NCBI GenBank assembly: GCA_016870355.1
Contig: VGBR01000002.1
Span: 90,982 to 154,981 of the forward strand
Reading direction: 5' to 3'
DNA from: Actinomycetota bacterium
GTDB lineage: Bacteria > Actinomycetota > Acidimicrobiia > IMCC26256 > PALSA-555
DNA: 64,000 nt
Shown here: positions 46,458 to 54,256 of the stretch, in pieces
Layout: each line of letters begins with the position of its first letter
Position numbering within the stretch: the stretch's first letter is position 1
The notes under the pieces: model-generated
Told to the model about the DNA's origin: nothing
What the model saw: the letters and a program-made list of their open reading frames with translations, nothing else
The model's database searches: none
Made by a program: the position numbers and the translations under genes

Positions 46458-46493
46458 GCGGCGCAGGTATCCTGCGCCGCAGCGAACGAAGCC
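46458..46493 (+). repeat. Copy 3 of the TAT-loop palindrome family (GCGGCGCAGG-TAT-CCTGCGCCGC plus AGCGAACGAAGCC)
   Basis: Perfect 10-bp inverted repeat at 46458..46480 in the 152-nt prfB-ftsE spacer. Confidence 0.6.
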
Positions 46494-46567
46494 ATGGTGA
46501 TGGTCAGGAAATCAGGACCTCGGCTGGTACCCTGACTTCGTCCCCCGGCTCCAGCCTCCGGTGTTGA

Positions 46568-47254
46568 ATGCTGCGCTTCGAGAACGTCTCAAAGGTCTAC
46601 AAGGGCAACGTCACCGCGCTTCGTGACGTCTCGATCGACGTCCAGAAGGGTGAGTTCCTCTTCCTCGTTGGCCCGTCGGGGTCTGGGAAGTCGACGTTCC
46701 TTCGGCTGCTGTTGCGAGAGGAGGACCCCACGGGCGGTCGGATCATCGTCGCGGGGCGTGACATCTCGGCGCTCTCGCATTGGAAGATCCCGCAGCTGCG
46801 CCGCAACATCGGCACGATCTTCCAGGACTTCAAGCTCCTTCCCAGCCGGACCGTGTACGAGAACGTCGCGTTCGCGATGGAGGTGATTGGCCGACCTCGC
46901 CACGTGGTGCGCACGCAGGTGCCCCAAGTGCTCGATCTCGTCGGGCTCGCGAAGAAGGCCGGGCGGCTTCCCAGCGAGCTCTCTGGTGGTGAACAGCAGC
47001 GCGTGTCGATCGCGCGCGCGTTCGTCAACCGGCCACTCATCGTGCTCGCCGACGAGCCGACCGGGAACCTCGACCCCGCCACGACCGTCGGCATCATGCG
47101 AATTCTCGATCGCATCAATCGCACCGGCACGACCGTCGTCATGGCGACACACGACCAACGCATCGTCGACGCAATGCGTCGGCGTGTCATCGAGCTCGAC
47201 CGGGGCAGCCTGGTCCGCGACCAGGACCGTGGCGTCTACGGGGTAGGGGGCTAG
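46568..47254 (+). CDS. ftsE: Cell division ABC ATPase FtsE
   Basis: [23 protein letters not shown] and [11 protein letters not shown]. It is followed directly by ftsX. Confidence 0.95.
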   Translation: MLRFENVSKVYKGNVTALRDVSIDVQKGEFLFLVGPSGSGKSTFLRLLLREEDPTGGRIIVAGRDISALSHWKIPQLRRNIGTIFQDFKLLPSRTVYENVAFAMEVIGRPRHVVRTQVPQVLDLVGLAKKAGRLPSELSGGEQQRVSIARAFVNRPLIVLADEPTGNLDPATTVGIMRILDRINRTGTTVVMATHDQRIVDAMRRRVIELDRGSLVRDQDRGVYGVGG

Positions 47255-47260
47255 CCGCTC

Positions 47261-48148
47261 GTGTTGGCCCGAGTTCGATACTTCGCGCGCGAAACCGTCA
47301 TCTCGCTTCGGCGCAACCTGATGATGACGATCGCCGGCGTGCTGACCGTCTCGGTGTCGTTGGCGCTCTTCGGCGGCAGCTTGCTGCTGACCCGCTGGGC
47401 GAACCACGGCACGCAGCAGATCAAGGGCGACGTGAAGCTCGAGGCGTTCATGAACGTCCGGGCGACGGATCAGCAGATCGATGACGTGCAGGCCGCGCTC
47501 GAGAGCGATCCTGACGTCAAGTCGTTCCGATTCCTCGACAAGGACGCGGCGTTCGAAGAGTTCAAGCGGATCTTCCAGGATCAGCCCGACCTGATCGAGA
47601 ACATCAACCCTCAGTCGCTCCCCACGTCGTTCCGCATCGTGCCGGACCAAGCCGAGCTCGTGCCCGCGATCCAACGTCGGTTCGAGGTGTTGTCGGGCGT
47701 CGATGAGGTCGTCACCCCCGAGGAAGCGCTCGACGGCCTGCTCGACGTGACGAGCAAGGTGCAGATCGGGCTCATCGGCCTCTCGCTCGTCCTGCTCATC
47801 TCGTCGCTGTTCTTGATCGTGAACACGATTCGCTTGGCGACGTTCGCGCGCCGTCGCGAGATCGAAGTCATGAAGCTCGTGGGCGCGTCGAACTGGTTCG
47901 TGCGCGTGCCGTTCCTCGCCGAAGGGCTCACCCAGGGACTCGCCGGGGCAGGGGTCGCCGTGTCAGTGGTGATCGGGCTGAAGTACTTCGGCTTCGACAA
48001 CTGGTTCACGAACCCGCACAGCGTGTTCATCCAGTTCCGGGTCTCGACGGGTGACGCCCTCTGGGTGACGGTCTTCGTGGTCCTCGCCGGGATGGTGATC
48101 GGGCTCCTCGGATCGGGCATCGGCCTCCGAAGGTTCCTCCGCGTCTAG
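47261..48148 (+). CDS. ftsX: Cell division permease-like protein FtsX
   Basis: The architecture is TM1, a large extracytoplasmic loop, then three TM helices. Motif: REIEVMKLVGASNWFVRVPF. Confidence 0.9.
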   Translation: MLARVRYFARETVISLRRNLMMTIAGVLTVSVSLALFGGSLLLTRWANHGTQQIKGDVKLEAFMNVRATDQQIDDVQAALESDPDVKSFRFLDKDAAFEEFKRIFQDQPDLIENINPQSLPTSFRIVPDQAELVPAIQRRFEVLSGVDEVVTPEEALDGLLDVTSKVQIGLIGLSLVLLISSLFLIVNTIRLATFARRREIEVMKLVGASNWFVRVPFLAEGLTQGLAGAGVAVSVVIGLKYFGFDNWFTNPHSVFIQFRVSTGDALWVTVFVVLAGMVIGLLGSGIGLRRFLRV

Positions 48149-48151
48149 ATG

Positions 48152-48188
48152 CACGGGGGAGGCAGGCCTCCCCCGTGAGCCCCCTCCA
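48152..48188 (+). repeat. CACGGGGGAGG(C)-loop-(G)CCTCCCCCGTG hairpin plus AGCCCCCTCC tail (copy B; possible ftsX terminator)
   Basis: The stem is 11-12 bp and begins 4 nt after the ftsX stop. It is homologous to 33197-33232. Confidence 0.55.
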
Positions 48189-48279
48189 CGCTGCCTGGTC
48201 CGATGAAGGGCGGTTGAGGGCCGGCGAGGCCGGCCTTCGGCGAGCCGAGGGCTTGCCCCGCAAGGGGTTCAAGAGCCTG

Positions 48280-48308
48280 TTGTCAATGTTGATGGTGTTG
48301 TCTAGCCT
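48280..48308 (+). promoter_or_regulatory. Candidate sigma-70-type promoter giving a near-leaderless M23 peptidase mRNA
   Basis: TTGTCA (48280-85), a 17-nt spacer, then TAGCCT (48303-08). The ATG at 48319 is only 10 nt past the -10 element, and there is no Shine-Dalgarno sequence. This is a pattern match only. Confidence 0.3.
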
Positions 48309-48318
48309 CGTTGCCCGC

Positions 48319-49497
48319 ATGCGATCCCCCCCGGTCCGCCTGCTGCTCGTGGTCGTCGCGCTCGCGATCGGCCTGGCTGGTGTGTCCGCGCCCGGATACG
48401 CCCAGAGCAACAACGACCGCAGGCGCGAGCTCCAGGAGCAGATCAGCGAGGCGTCGGCCGCCGAGGCCGCGGCACTCGCGGATCTCGCGGAGATCCGAGG
48501 GCGCCGAGCCGTCATCGAGGCCCGGGTCGCCGAGCTCGAGACGCAGAAGGCCGCAGCCGAAGCGAAGCTGGCGCCGTTGGAGGCTGAGGAAGCTCGACTC
48601 GTCGCCGAGCATGCCGCGCTCCAAGCACAGGTCGCCGCGACCGAGGCGAAGCTCGCAGACGCACAAGACAAGCTCGATCGCACCGCGGCCGGTCTCTACA
48701 TGGCCGAGCGGCGCGGCGCGGCCTACGACGTCGTGTTCACCGCCGAGCCCGACGAGATCGTCTCGCAGCAGCAATACCTGGATCGCATCTCGGAGAAGCG
48801 GCGCCGGATCGTCGACCGGGTCACGGTGCTTCGCAACGATCTTGAATCTCAGCGCAAGCAGCTCGAGAAGCAGAAGGCCGCAGCAGAAGCGCTCGCCGCC
48901 GAAGCGCGCGCGGCGCGCGACCAGATCGCCGCGCTCGTTGCCGAGCTCGAGCCTGCCCGTCAGCAAGCGGCCGCGGAAGCGGCGGCAGAAGAGACCGCCC
49001 TCTACGTCATCCGGTCGAACAAGGCGCAGTACGAAGGCGAGCTCGCGGCGATGCAGGCCACCTCGGGCAGCATCGGCGGACGCCTCCGCGCCCGCGGCGG
49101 GTCAGGCGGAGGCGCGCCGTGCGAGGCGCGACCGGTTCCCGGCCCGATCACCAGTGGCTACGGACCGCGCTATCACCCGATCCTCCACTACAACCGGATG
49201 CACACCGGCGCCGACATGCGCGCGGGCTCCGGTACACCGATCCGCGCGTGCCGCAGCGGCGAAGTCATCATCTCCGGATCACAAGGGGGCTACGGCAACG
49301 CGGTCGTCATCGACCACGGCGGCGGCATGGGCACCCTCTACGCCCACCAATCCCAGCTCGCAGTCTCGGTAGGCGACTTCGTCCAAGCCGGCCAGATCAT
49401 CGGCTACGTGGGCACCACCGGCATGTCGACGGGCCCCCACCTCCACTTCGAAGTCAGGCTCAGCGGCAACCCCGTCGATCCCACCCCGTACTTGTAG
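48319..49497 (+). CDS. Secreted coiled-coil M23 (LytM-type) peptidoglycan endopeptidase
   Basis: Signal peptide MRSPPVRLLLVVVALAIGLAGVSAPGYA, followed by about 230 aa of Ala/Glu/Gln-rich coiled coil. The M23 domain has an intact HTGAD (HxxxD) motif and HLHFE (HxH) motif. Confidence 0.85.
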   Translation: MRSPPVRLLLVVVALAIGLAGVSAPGYAQSNNDRRRELQEQISEASAAEAAALADLAEIRGRRAVIEARVAELETQKAAAEAKLAPLEAEEARLVAEHAALQAQVAATEAKLADAQDKLDRTAAGLYMAERRGAAYDVVFTAEPDEIVSQQQYLDRISEKRRRIVDRVTVLRNDLESQRKQLEKQKAAAEALAAEARAARDQIAALVAELEPARQQAAAEAAAEETALYVIRSNKAQYEGELAAMQATSGSIGGRLRARGGSGGGAPCEARPVPGPITSGYGPRYHPILHYNRMHTGADMRAGSGTPIRACRSGEVIISGSQGGYGNAVVIDHGGGMGTLYAHQSQLAVSVGDFVQAGQIIGYVGTTGMSTGPHLHFEVRLSGNPVDPTPYL

Positions 49498-49498
49498 C

Positions 49499-49531
49499 GC
49501 GCGATGTCACGCGCCCTTCGAGGTACCGAAG
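49499..49531. terminator. Two short hairpins in the convergent M23/peroxiredoxin spacer
   Basis: GCGCG-ATGTCA-CGCGC (49499-49514) and CTTCG-AGGTAC-CGAAG (49516-49531). A third hairpin, CGCGCG-N9-CGCGCG, lies at 49571-49591. The stems are weak, so terminator function is a guess. Confidence 0.25.
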
Positions 49532-49612
49532 ATCAAGACAAGGCCGACGAAACGAGCTACCGAGCGGGAGCGCGCGAAGCGCAACCGCGCGTGAACCACC
49601 CGGTCGAACGAC

Positions 49613-50269
49613 CTACTTCGGCTGAGGGGTCACCCGCAGATACGGCTTGAGGGTCTTGTAGCCGGGGAACTTCTTGTCGGCGTCCTCGTTGCTGACGGCG
49701 GCGGTGATGATGACGTCGTCGCCCTGCTTCCAGTCCGCCGGCGTCGCCACCGCGTGCGCGGCGTTGAGCTGAAGTGAGTCGATCACGCGCAGGATCTCGT
49801 CGAAGTTGCGTCCGCACGTCATCGGGTACGTGAGGATCATCTTGACCTTCTTATCTGGCCCGATCACGTACACGTTGCGCACAGTCATGTTGTCCGCAGG
49901 TGTGCGCTCCTTGGCGTCTCCGCTCGTGCCGCCAGGGAGCATGTCGTAGAGCATCGACACCTTGAAGTCGTTGTCACCGATGATCGGGTAGTTCGGCGCC
50001 GTGCCCTGGGTCTCTTCGATGTCCTTCGCCCACGCTTCGTGATCGGTGGTGGCGTCCACTGACAGGCCGATCACCTTCACGTTGCGCTTGTCGAACTCCG
50101 GCTTCAGCGCGGCGACGCGACCGAGCTCGGTCGTGCACACGGGCGTGAAGTCCTTCGGGTGCGAGAAGAGGACGCCCCAGCTGTCGCCGAGGTAGTCGTG
50201 AAGATCGAGCTTGCCTTCGGTGGTGTCGGCGGTGAAGTTGGGGGCTTCGTCGCCCAGCTTGACGGTCAT
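49613..50269 (-). CDS. 1-Cys peroxiredoxin (Prx6-like)
   Basis: GDSWGVLFSHPKDFTPVCTTELG is the peroxidatic Cys motif. The 218-aa length fits the family. Confidence 0.9.
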   Translation of the reverse strand: MTVKLGDEAPNFTADTTEGKLDLHDYLGDSWGVLFSHPKDFTPVCTTELGRVAALKPEFDKRNVKVIGLSVDATTDHEAWAKDIEETQGTAPNYPIIGDNDFKVSMLYDMLPGGTSGDAKERTPADNMTVRNVYVIGPDKKVKMILTYPMTCGRNFDEILRVIDSLQLNAAHAVATPADWKQGDDVIITAAVSNEDADKKFPGYKTLKPYLRVTPQPK

Positions 50270-50430
50270 GGGGGTGCCTCTCTGTCGGGGTCTCGTGTGC
50301 GGATGTCAGCAGGGGGACTGGCTGGTCCGGTCCTACGCTGCGATCTCTTCGCAGCCTAGGGACATGGAACGTGCAAACACCATCGGAGGCGTCAGGATTC
50401 CCTCGCCGTCGCGCGCTCCGGCGGGTCGCG

Positions 50431-51699
50431 ATGGACCTCACGCCGCTGCGCTCGTCCCGAGACTTCAGGCTCCTGTGGTTCGGCGAGCTCCTGTCATCGG
50501 CTGGCTCCCAGATCGCCGTGGTTGCCGTCTTCGTGCAGCTCACCGAGCTGACGGAATCGCTCGCGGTCGTCGGGCTCGTCGGCATGGCGCGACTGTTTGC
50601 GCTCGCGCTGGGTTCGTTCCTGGGTGGCCCGCTCATCGACACCCGCGACCGCCGGCGTCTCCTCTTGGGCGCCGAGGTGTGCCAGATCGCGTCATCGGCG
50701 GTGTTGTTGATCGGCGCGTTGATCGGCGATCCGCCCGTCGCACTCGTGTACGTGGGTGCCGCGCTGACAGCCGGGTTCGGCGGGTTCGCCGCGGCAACGC
50801 GCAGCGCCATCATCCCGAACGTCGTGTCGCGCGCGCAGTTGCCTTCAACGCTGTCGCTGAACCAGCTCATGTACAACACGACGATGATCGTGGGGCCGGC
50901 GATCGGCGGCCTCATCATCGACGGCTTCGGGCTCTCCGTCGCGTACGCGGTCAACGTCGTGAGCTTCGTGGCCGCGATCGTCGCCGGCTTCCTCATCAAG
51001 CGTCAGGTGCCGAAGCAGGAGTTCTTGGCGACCGAAGCGCGACGCGGTTCGTTCGCGCACGGCTGGTCTCAGCTCACCGAAGGCTTCCGCTTCCTGCGCG
51101 GCCAACGCGTGCTCAAGTCGACGTTCTACGTCGATCTCATCGCCATGATCTTCGGTATGCCACGAGCTCTGTTCCCCGTGCTCGCGATCACCGAGTTCGG
51201 TGCGTCGACCGCATCGAAGGGCTCTGTTGCCGGTGCGATGTTCGCGGCAGTCGCAGCAGGTGCGGTGATCGCGGCACTCACCACCGGGTGGGTGCGACAT
51301 GTCCAGCGCCACGGTCTTGCTGTGCTGTGGGCCGTCGCGGTGTGGGGACTCGGGATCATCTTGTTCGGTCTGTCCGACGGCGTGCTCCCGCTGGCGTTGG
51401 CGAGCCTCGCGCTTGCGGGTGCTGCGGACGTTGTGTCCGCGGTGTTCCGCGGGAGCATCCTGCAGTCGACGGTTCCCGACAACCTCCGCGGACGGATGTC
51501 GTCGGTGAACATCCTGGTCGTCGCGGGCGGTCCGAACCTCGGCGATGTGGAAGCCGGACTCGTTGCGTCCGCGTTCAGCCCCGTCGCTTCAGTAGTGATC
51601 GGCGGCGCGGCGTGCATCGTGGGCGTGGTCGTGCTGAGTCTCATCATTCCCGAGCTCGCGCGTTACCGCGCGCCCGTGGCGAGCGAAGCAAAGAGCTGA
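50431..51699 (+). CDS. MFS transporter (EntS/MFS_3-like)
   Basis: ATG 50431 (MDLTPLRSSRDFRLLWFGELLSSAGSQIAVVAV...). About 12 hydrophobic helices follow. Confidence 0.8.
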   Translation: MDLTPLRSSRDFRLLWFGELLSSAGSQIAVVAVFVQLTELTESLAVVGLVGMARLFALALGSFLGGPLIDTRDRRRLLLGAEVCQIASSAVLLIGALIGDPPVALVYVGAALTAGFGGFAAATRSAIIPNVVSRAQLPSTLSLNQLMYNTTMIVGPAIGGLIIDGFGLSVAYAVNVVSFVAAIVAGFLIKRQVPKQEFLATEARRGSFAHGWSQLTEGFRFLRGQRVLKSTFYVDLIAMIFGMPRALFPVLAITEFGASTASKGSVAGAMFAAVAAGAVIAALTTGWVRHVQRHGLAVLWAVAVWGLGIILFGLSDGVLPLALASLALAGAADVVSAVFRGSILQSTVPDNLRGRMSSVNILVVAGGPNLGDVEAGLVASAFSPVASVVIGGAACIVGVVVLSLIIPELARYRAPVASEAKS

Positions 51700-51723
51700 C
51701 GCGAGCCGCGACACGCGGCGAAC

Positions 51724-51897
51724 GTGACGTACGTGGCGGGGTGTTCGGGCGCTCCTCTTCCCAAGAAGCTCGGCATCAAGGAAGGCGCCCGGTTCGCCGT
51801 CGTGCGCGCACCGAACGGCTCTGCCGAGTCGCTGACGCTGCCAGACGGTGTCGACCTGCGATCTGAGGCGCGCGGTCGGCTCGACTTCGTCCCCTAG
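51724..51897 (+). pseudogene. Truncated remnant (57 codons) of a conserved small-protein family with N-terminal G(Y/C)SGxPLxKKLGIK motif
   Basis: VTYVAGCSGAPLPKKLGIKEGARFAVVRAPNGSAESLTLPDGVDLRSEARGRLDFVP-stop. Relatives I recall (possibly annotated DUF3052-like) are about 130-150 aa. Here the ORF ends 31 nt before the next gene. Confidence 0.35.
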
Positions 51898-51928
51898 ATC
51901 GGCGTTCGTGCGCGCGAAGGTAGGGACC

Positions 51929-52717
51929 ATGTGCGGCCGGTTCGTGGTGGCATCGTCGCCACCGTTGCTCGCCGATCAGTTCGGTGTCGACGAGAACCGA
52001 GTCGGTGCTGTCGAACCTGACTACAACATTGCGCCCCGTCAGCTCGTCATGGTCGTACGTGAGCGCGAGGAGACGCGTGACGGGCGGCTTGGCCGGCCCG
52101 GCACGCAGGAGACGGAGGCTATGGAGCCGACCCGCAAGAGGCGGTATCTCGACGAGCTGCGATGGGGATTGGTCCCGTCGTGGGCGAAGGACCCGTCCAT
52201 GGGTGATCGCATGATCAACGCGCGCGCCGAGACGTTGATCTCGAAGCCCGCGTACAGGCGGGCATCCGAGAAGCACCGCTGCATCATCCCGGCTGACGGC
52301 TTCTACGAGTGGCAGGTCGTCGCACCGCCGACCACTCCGAAGGGGCGTCCGAAGAAGCAGCCGGTGTTCATCCACCGTCGCGACGGGATGCCGATGGCCT
52401 TCGCCGGCTTGTGGGCGGCGTGGAAGGCGCCAGAGGGATCGACCATCGATGGGGTCGGTGAAGACGGATGGTTGCGGTCGTGCACGATCGTCACCGGCAA
52501 GCCGAACGAGCTGATCGCGCCGATCCACGACCGCATGCCGGTGGTGCTCCCGGAGTCAGCCTGGGATCAGTGGCTCAGTCGTGACGTTGATGACGTCGAC
52601 GCACTTCAGTCGTTGCTCGTGCCGCTCGATGCCGAACAGATGGAGCTGTGGCCGGTCAGCACCCTGGTGAACAAGGCCGACCAAAAGGGTCCTGAAGTCG
52701 CGCAGCCGCTCTCATAG
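51929..52717 (+). CDS. SOS response-associated peptidase (SRAP/YedK, abasic-site DNA-protein crosslinking)
   Basis: MCGRF at the N-terminus (catalytic Cys2), YNIAPRQ, WGLVPSWAKD, and HDRMPVVL. Confidence 0.85.
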   Translation: MCGRFVVASSPPLLADQFGVDENRVGAVEPDYNIAPRQLVMVVREREETRDGRLGRPGTQETEAMEPTRKRRYLDELRWGLVPSWAKDPSMGDRMINARAETLISKPAYRRASEKHRCIIPADGFYEWQVVAPPTTPKGRPKKQPVFIHRRDGMPMAFAGLWAAWKAPEGSTIDGVGEDGWLRSCTIVTGKPNELIAPIHDRMPVVLPESAWDQWLSRDVDDVDALQSLLVPLDAEQMELWPVSTLVNKADQKGPEVAQPLS

Positions 52718-52727
52718 GCTCCGCTCC

Positions 52728-53465
52728 ATGAGTGATCTCGACTATCTCGCCGCGATCCGAGAGAACGCCGATGTCCTGGCCGACGCGGCGGACGCGGCTG
52801 GCGTCGACGCTGCGGTGCCGTCGTGCCCGGATTGGACGGTCGCCGACCTCCTGGATCACATCGGCGTCGTGCATCGCTGGGCCGCAATGTGCTGCGACCG
52901 GGAACCGGGCGGGCCGTTCGTGTCGTCGCGTCAGGCGGGCATCGAGTCGCCAGCAGACCCGTCGGCGCGCGCCGATTGGGTGCGCGAAGGCGCACAGCCG
53001 CTCGTCGACACGCTGGCCGCGCACGACCCCGACGACGTCTGCTGGACCTGGGCCCCGCCGAGCACCGTCGGCTTCTGGCGACGACGCCAAGCGCACGAGA
53101 CGGCTGTGCATCGCGTCGACGCCCAGCTCGCGGCGGGCGCGGTCACGCCGATCGACGCGCCGCTGGCCGCGGACGGCATCGACGAGTGGCTGTCGCTGCT
53201 CCCGAACATGCCGTGGCGCGAGGATCCCGCCGGGAGCGGTGCGACGATCCACTTCCATTGCACCGACGTCGAGGGTGAATGGGTGGCGACCCTGGCGCCG
53301 ACCGGTCTCCAGGTCGAGCGCACCCATGCGAAGGCCGACGTCGCGGCGCGAGGCGCCGCGTCCGACCTCTTGTGCTGGGTGATGGGCCGAGGCCCGATCG
53401 ACGGCTTGGAGATCTTCGGCGACCGCTCCTTGCTCGAGGGGTGGCGCGAAACCGCGAAGTTCTAG
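52728..53465 (+). CDS. Mycothiol-dependent maleylpyruvate isomerase-like (DinB/TIGR03083-type) protein
   Basis: VPSCPDWTVADLLDHIGVVHRW and ETAVHRVDA are present, and the protein has a C-terminal wHTH-less SCP-like part. The family call is by motif recollection. Confidence 0.75.
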   Translation: MSDLDYLAAIRENADVLADAADAAGVDAAVPSCPDWTVADLLDHIGVVHRWAAMCCDREPGGPFVSSRQAGIESPADPSARADWVREGAQPLVDTLAAHDPDDVCWTWAPPSTVGFWRRRQAHETAVHRVDAQLAAGAVTPIDAPLAADGIDEWLSLLPNMPWREDPAGSGATIHFHCTDVEGEWVATLAPTGLQVERTHAKADVAARGAASDLLCWVMGRGPIDGLEIFGDRSLLEGWRETAKF

Positions 53466-53514
53466 CAATGGGCTCGTGCCAGAGCGACGGCGCCGGTCCG
53501 CTACCGTCGGCGCG

Positions 53515-54252
53515 ATGAACTGGCTGCTCGGCATCGCCGCGGGACTGCTGATCGCGCAGCTCGCGACGCTCGCCACGACCGTGTACCTGCACCGCGGCCT
53601 CACCCACCGGGCGCTGACCGTTCACCCCGCCGCCGCGCTCCCACTCCGCTTCTTCCTCTGGATCAGCACGGGGATGCGCGCGAGGGAGTGGGTGGCGGTG
53701 CACCGCAAGCACCACGCGGCGAGCGACACGCCGGACGACCCACATTCACCGATCGTGCTCGGGTTCTGGCGAGTGCAGCTCGCGAACGCCGCGCTCTACC
53801 GCCGAACCGCCCGTGACGGCGCGACGGTCGACACCTACGCGCGCGATCTCCCGCCCAGTCGTCTCGATCGCTGGCTGTTCGACCGTGCGTGGCTCGGCCT
53901 CGCCATCGGGATCACCCTGGCGTGCCTCATCTTCGGCTGGCAGACGGGTCTGCTCGTCTCCGTCGTGCACATGGTCACGTACCTGATGATGTCCGGGGCG
54001 ATCAACGCGGTGGGGCACACACACGGAAGCCGACCGCACGACAACAAGGCCACCAATGGCCGCGTGCTCGCGCTCTTCACGCTCGGGGAGGGTCTGCACA
54101 ACAACCACCACAACGCGCCGCAGTCGGCGCGCTTCTCCGAGCGATTCGGTGAGATCGACTTCGGCTGGTGGACGGTGCGTCTGCTGTCGGCCGTGGGCCT
54201 TGTGAAGGTCCGCATGCGCACCCGCGACCGGCTGACCGCACCCGCCAGCTAG
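53515..54252 (+). CDS. Membrane fatty-acid (acyl-CoA/lipid) desaturase
   Basis: Three His boxes are present: HRGLTH, HRKHH and HNNHH. Hydrophobic segments lie between them. The start is ATG 53515. Confidence 0.8.
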   Translation: MNWLLGIAAGLLIAQLATLATTVYLHRGLTHRALTVHPAAALPLRFFLWISTGMRAREWVAVHRKHHAASDTPDDPHSPIVLGFWRVQLANAALYRRTARDGATVDTYARDLPPSRLDRWLFDRAWLGLAIGITLACLIFGWQTGLLVSVVHMVTYLMMSGAINAVGHTHGSRPHDNKATNGRVLALFTLGEGLHNNHHNAPQSARFSERFGEIDFGWWTVRLLSAVGLVKVRMRTRDRLTAPAS

Positions 54253-54256
54253 CGCG

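Noticed and set aside
46491-46532. 13-codon mini-ORF (ATGGTGATGGTCAGGAAATCAGGACCTCGGCTGGTACCCTGA) in the prfB-ftsE spacer
   Set aside because: There is no RBS, third-position GC is low, and it overlaps the repeat flank. It is most likely fortuitous.
48149-48318. c-di-AMP (ydaO-type) riboswitch upstream of the cell-wall hydrolase gene
   Set aside because: I considered it because actinobacterial cell-wall hydrolase genes often carry this riboswitch and the spacer contains ACGGGGGAGG and CCGA elements. I could not find the conserved ...CCGACAGCUAAC...GUAAGCG... core I recall, nor the pseudo-two-fold architecture. The same hairpin also occurs after an unrelated gene at 33197. A cmsearch would be needed to be certain.
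48175-48318. Upstream GTG 48175 as start of the M23 peptidase (440-aa track ORF)
   Set aside because: ATG 48319 begins a textbook Sec signal peptide (MRSPPVRLLLVVVALAIGLAGVSAPGYA). The upstream 48 codons overlap the hairpin repeat and have no signal-peptide or domain character.
48149-49612. smpB / tmRNA (ssrA) expected downstream of ftsX
   Set aside because: The region is fully occupied by the M23 peptidase gene. The remaining spacers (170 nt and 115 nt) are too short and show no tRNA-like acceptor/T-arm sequence.
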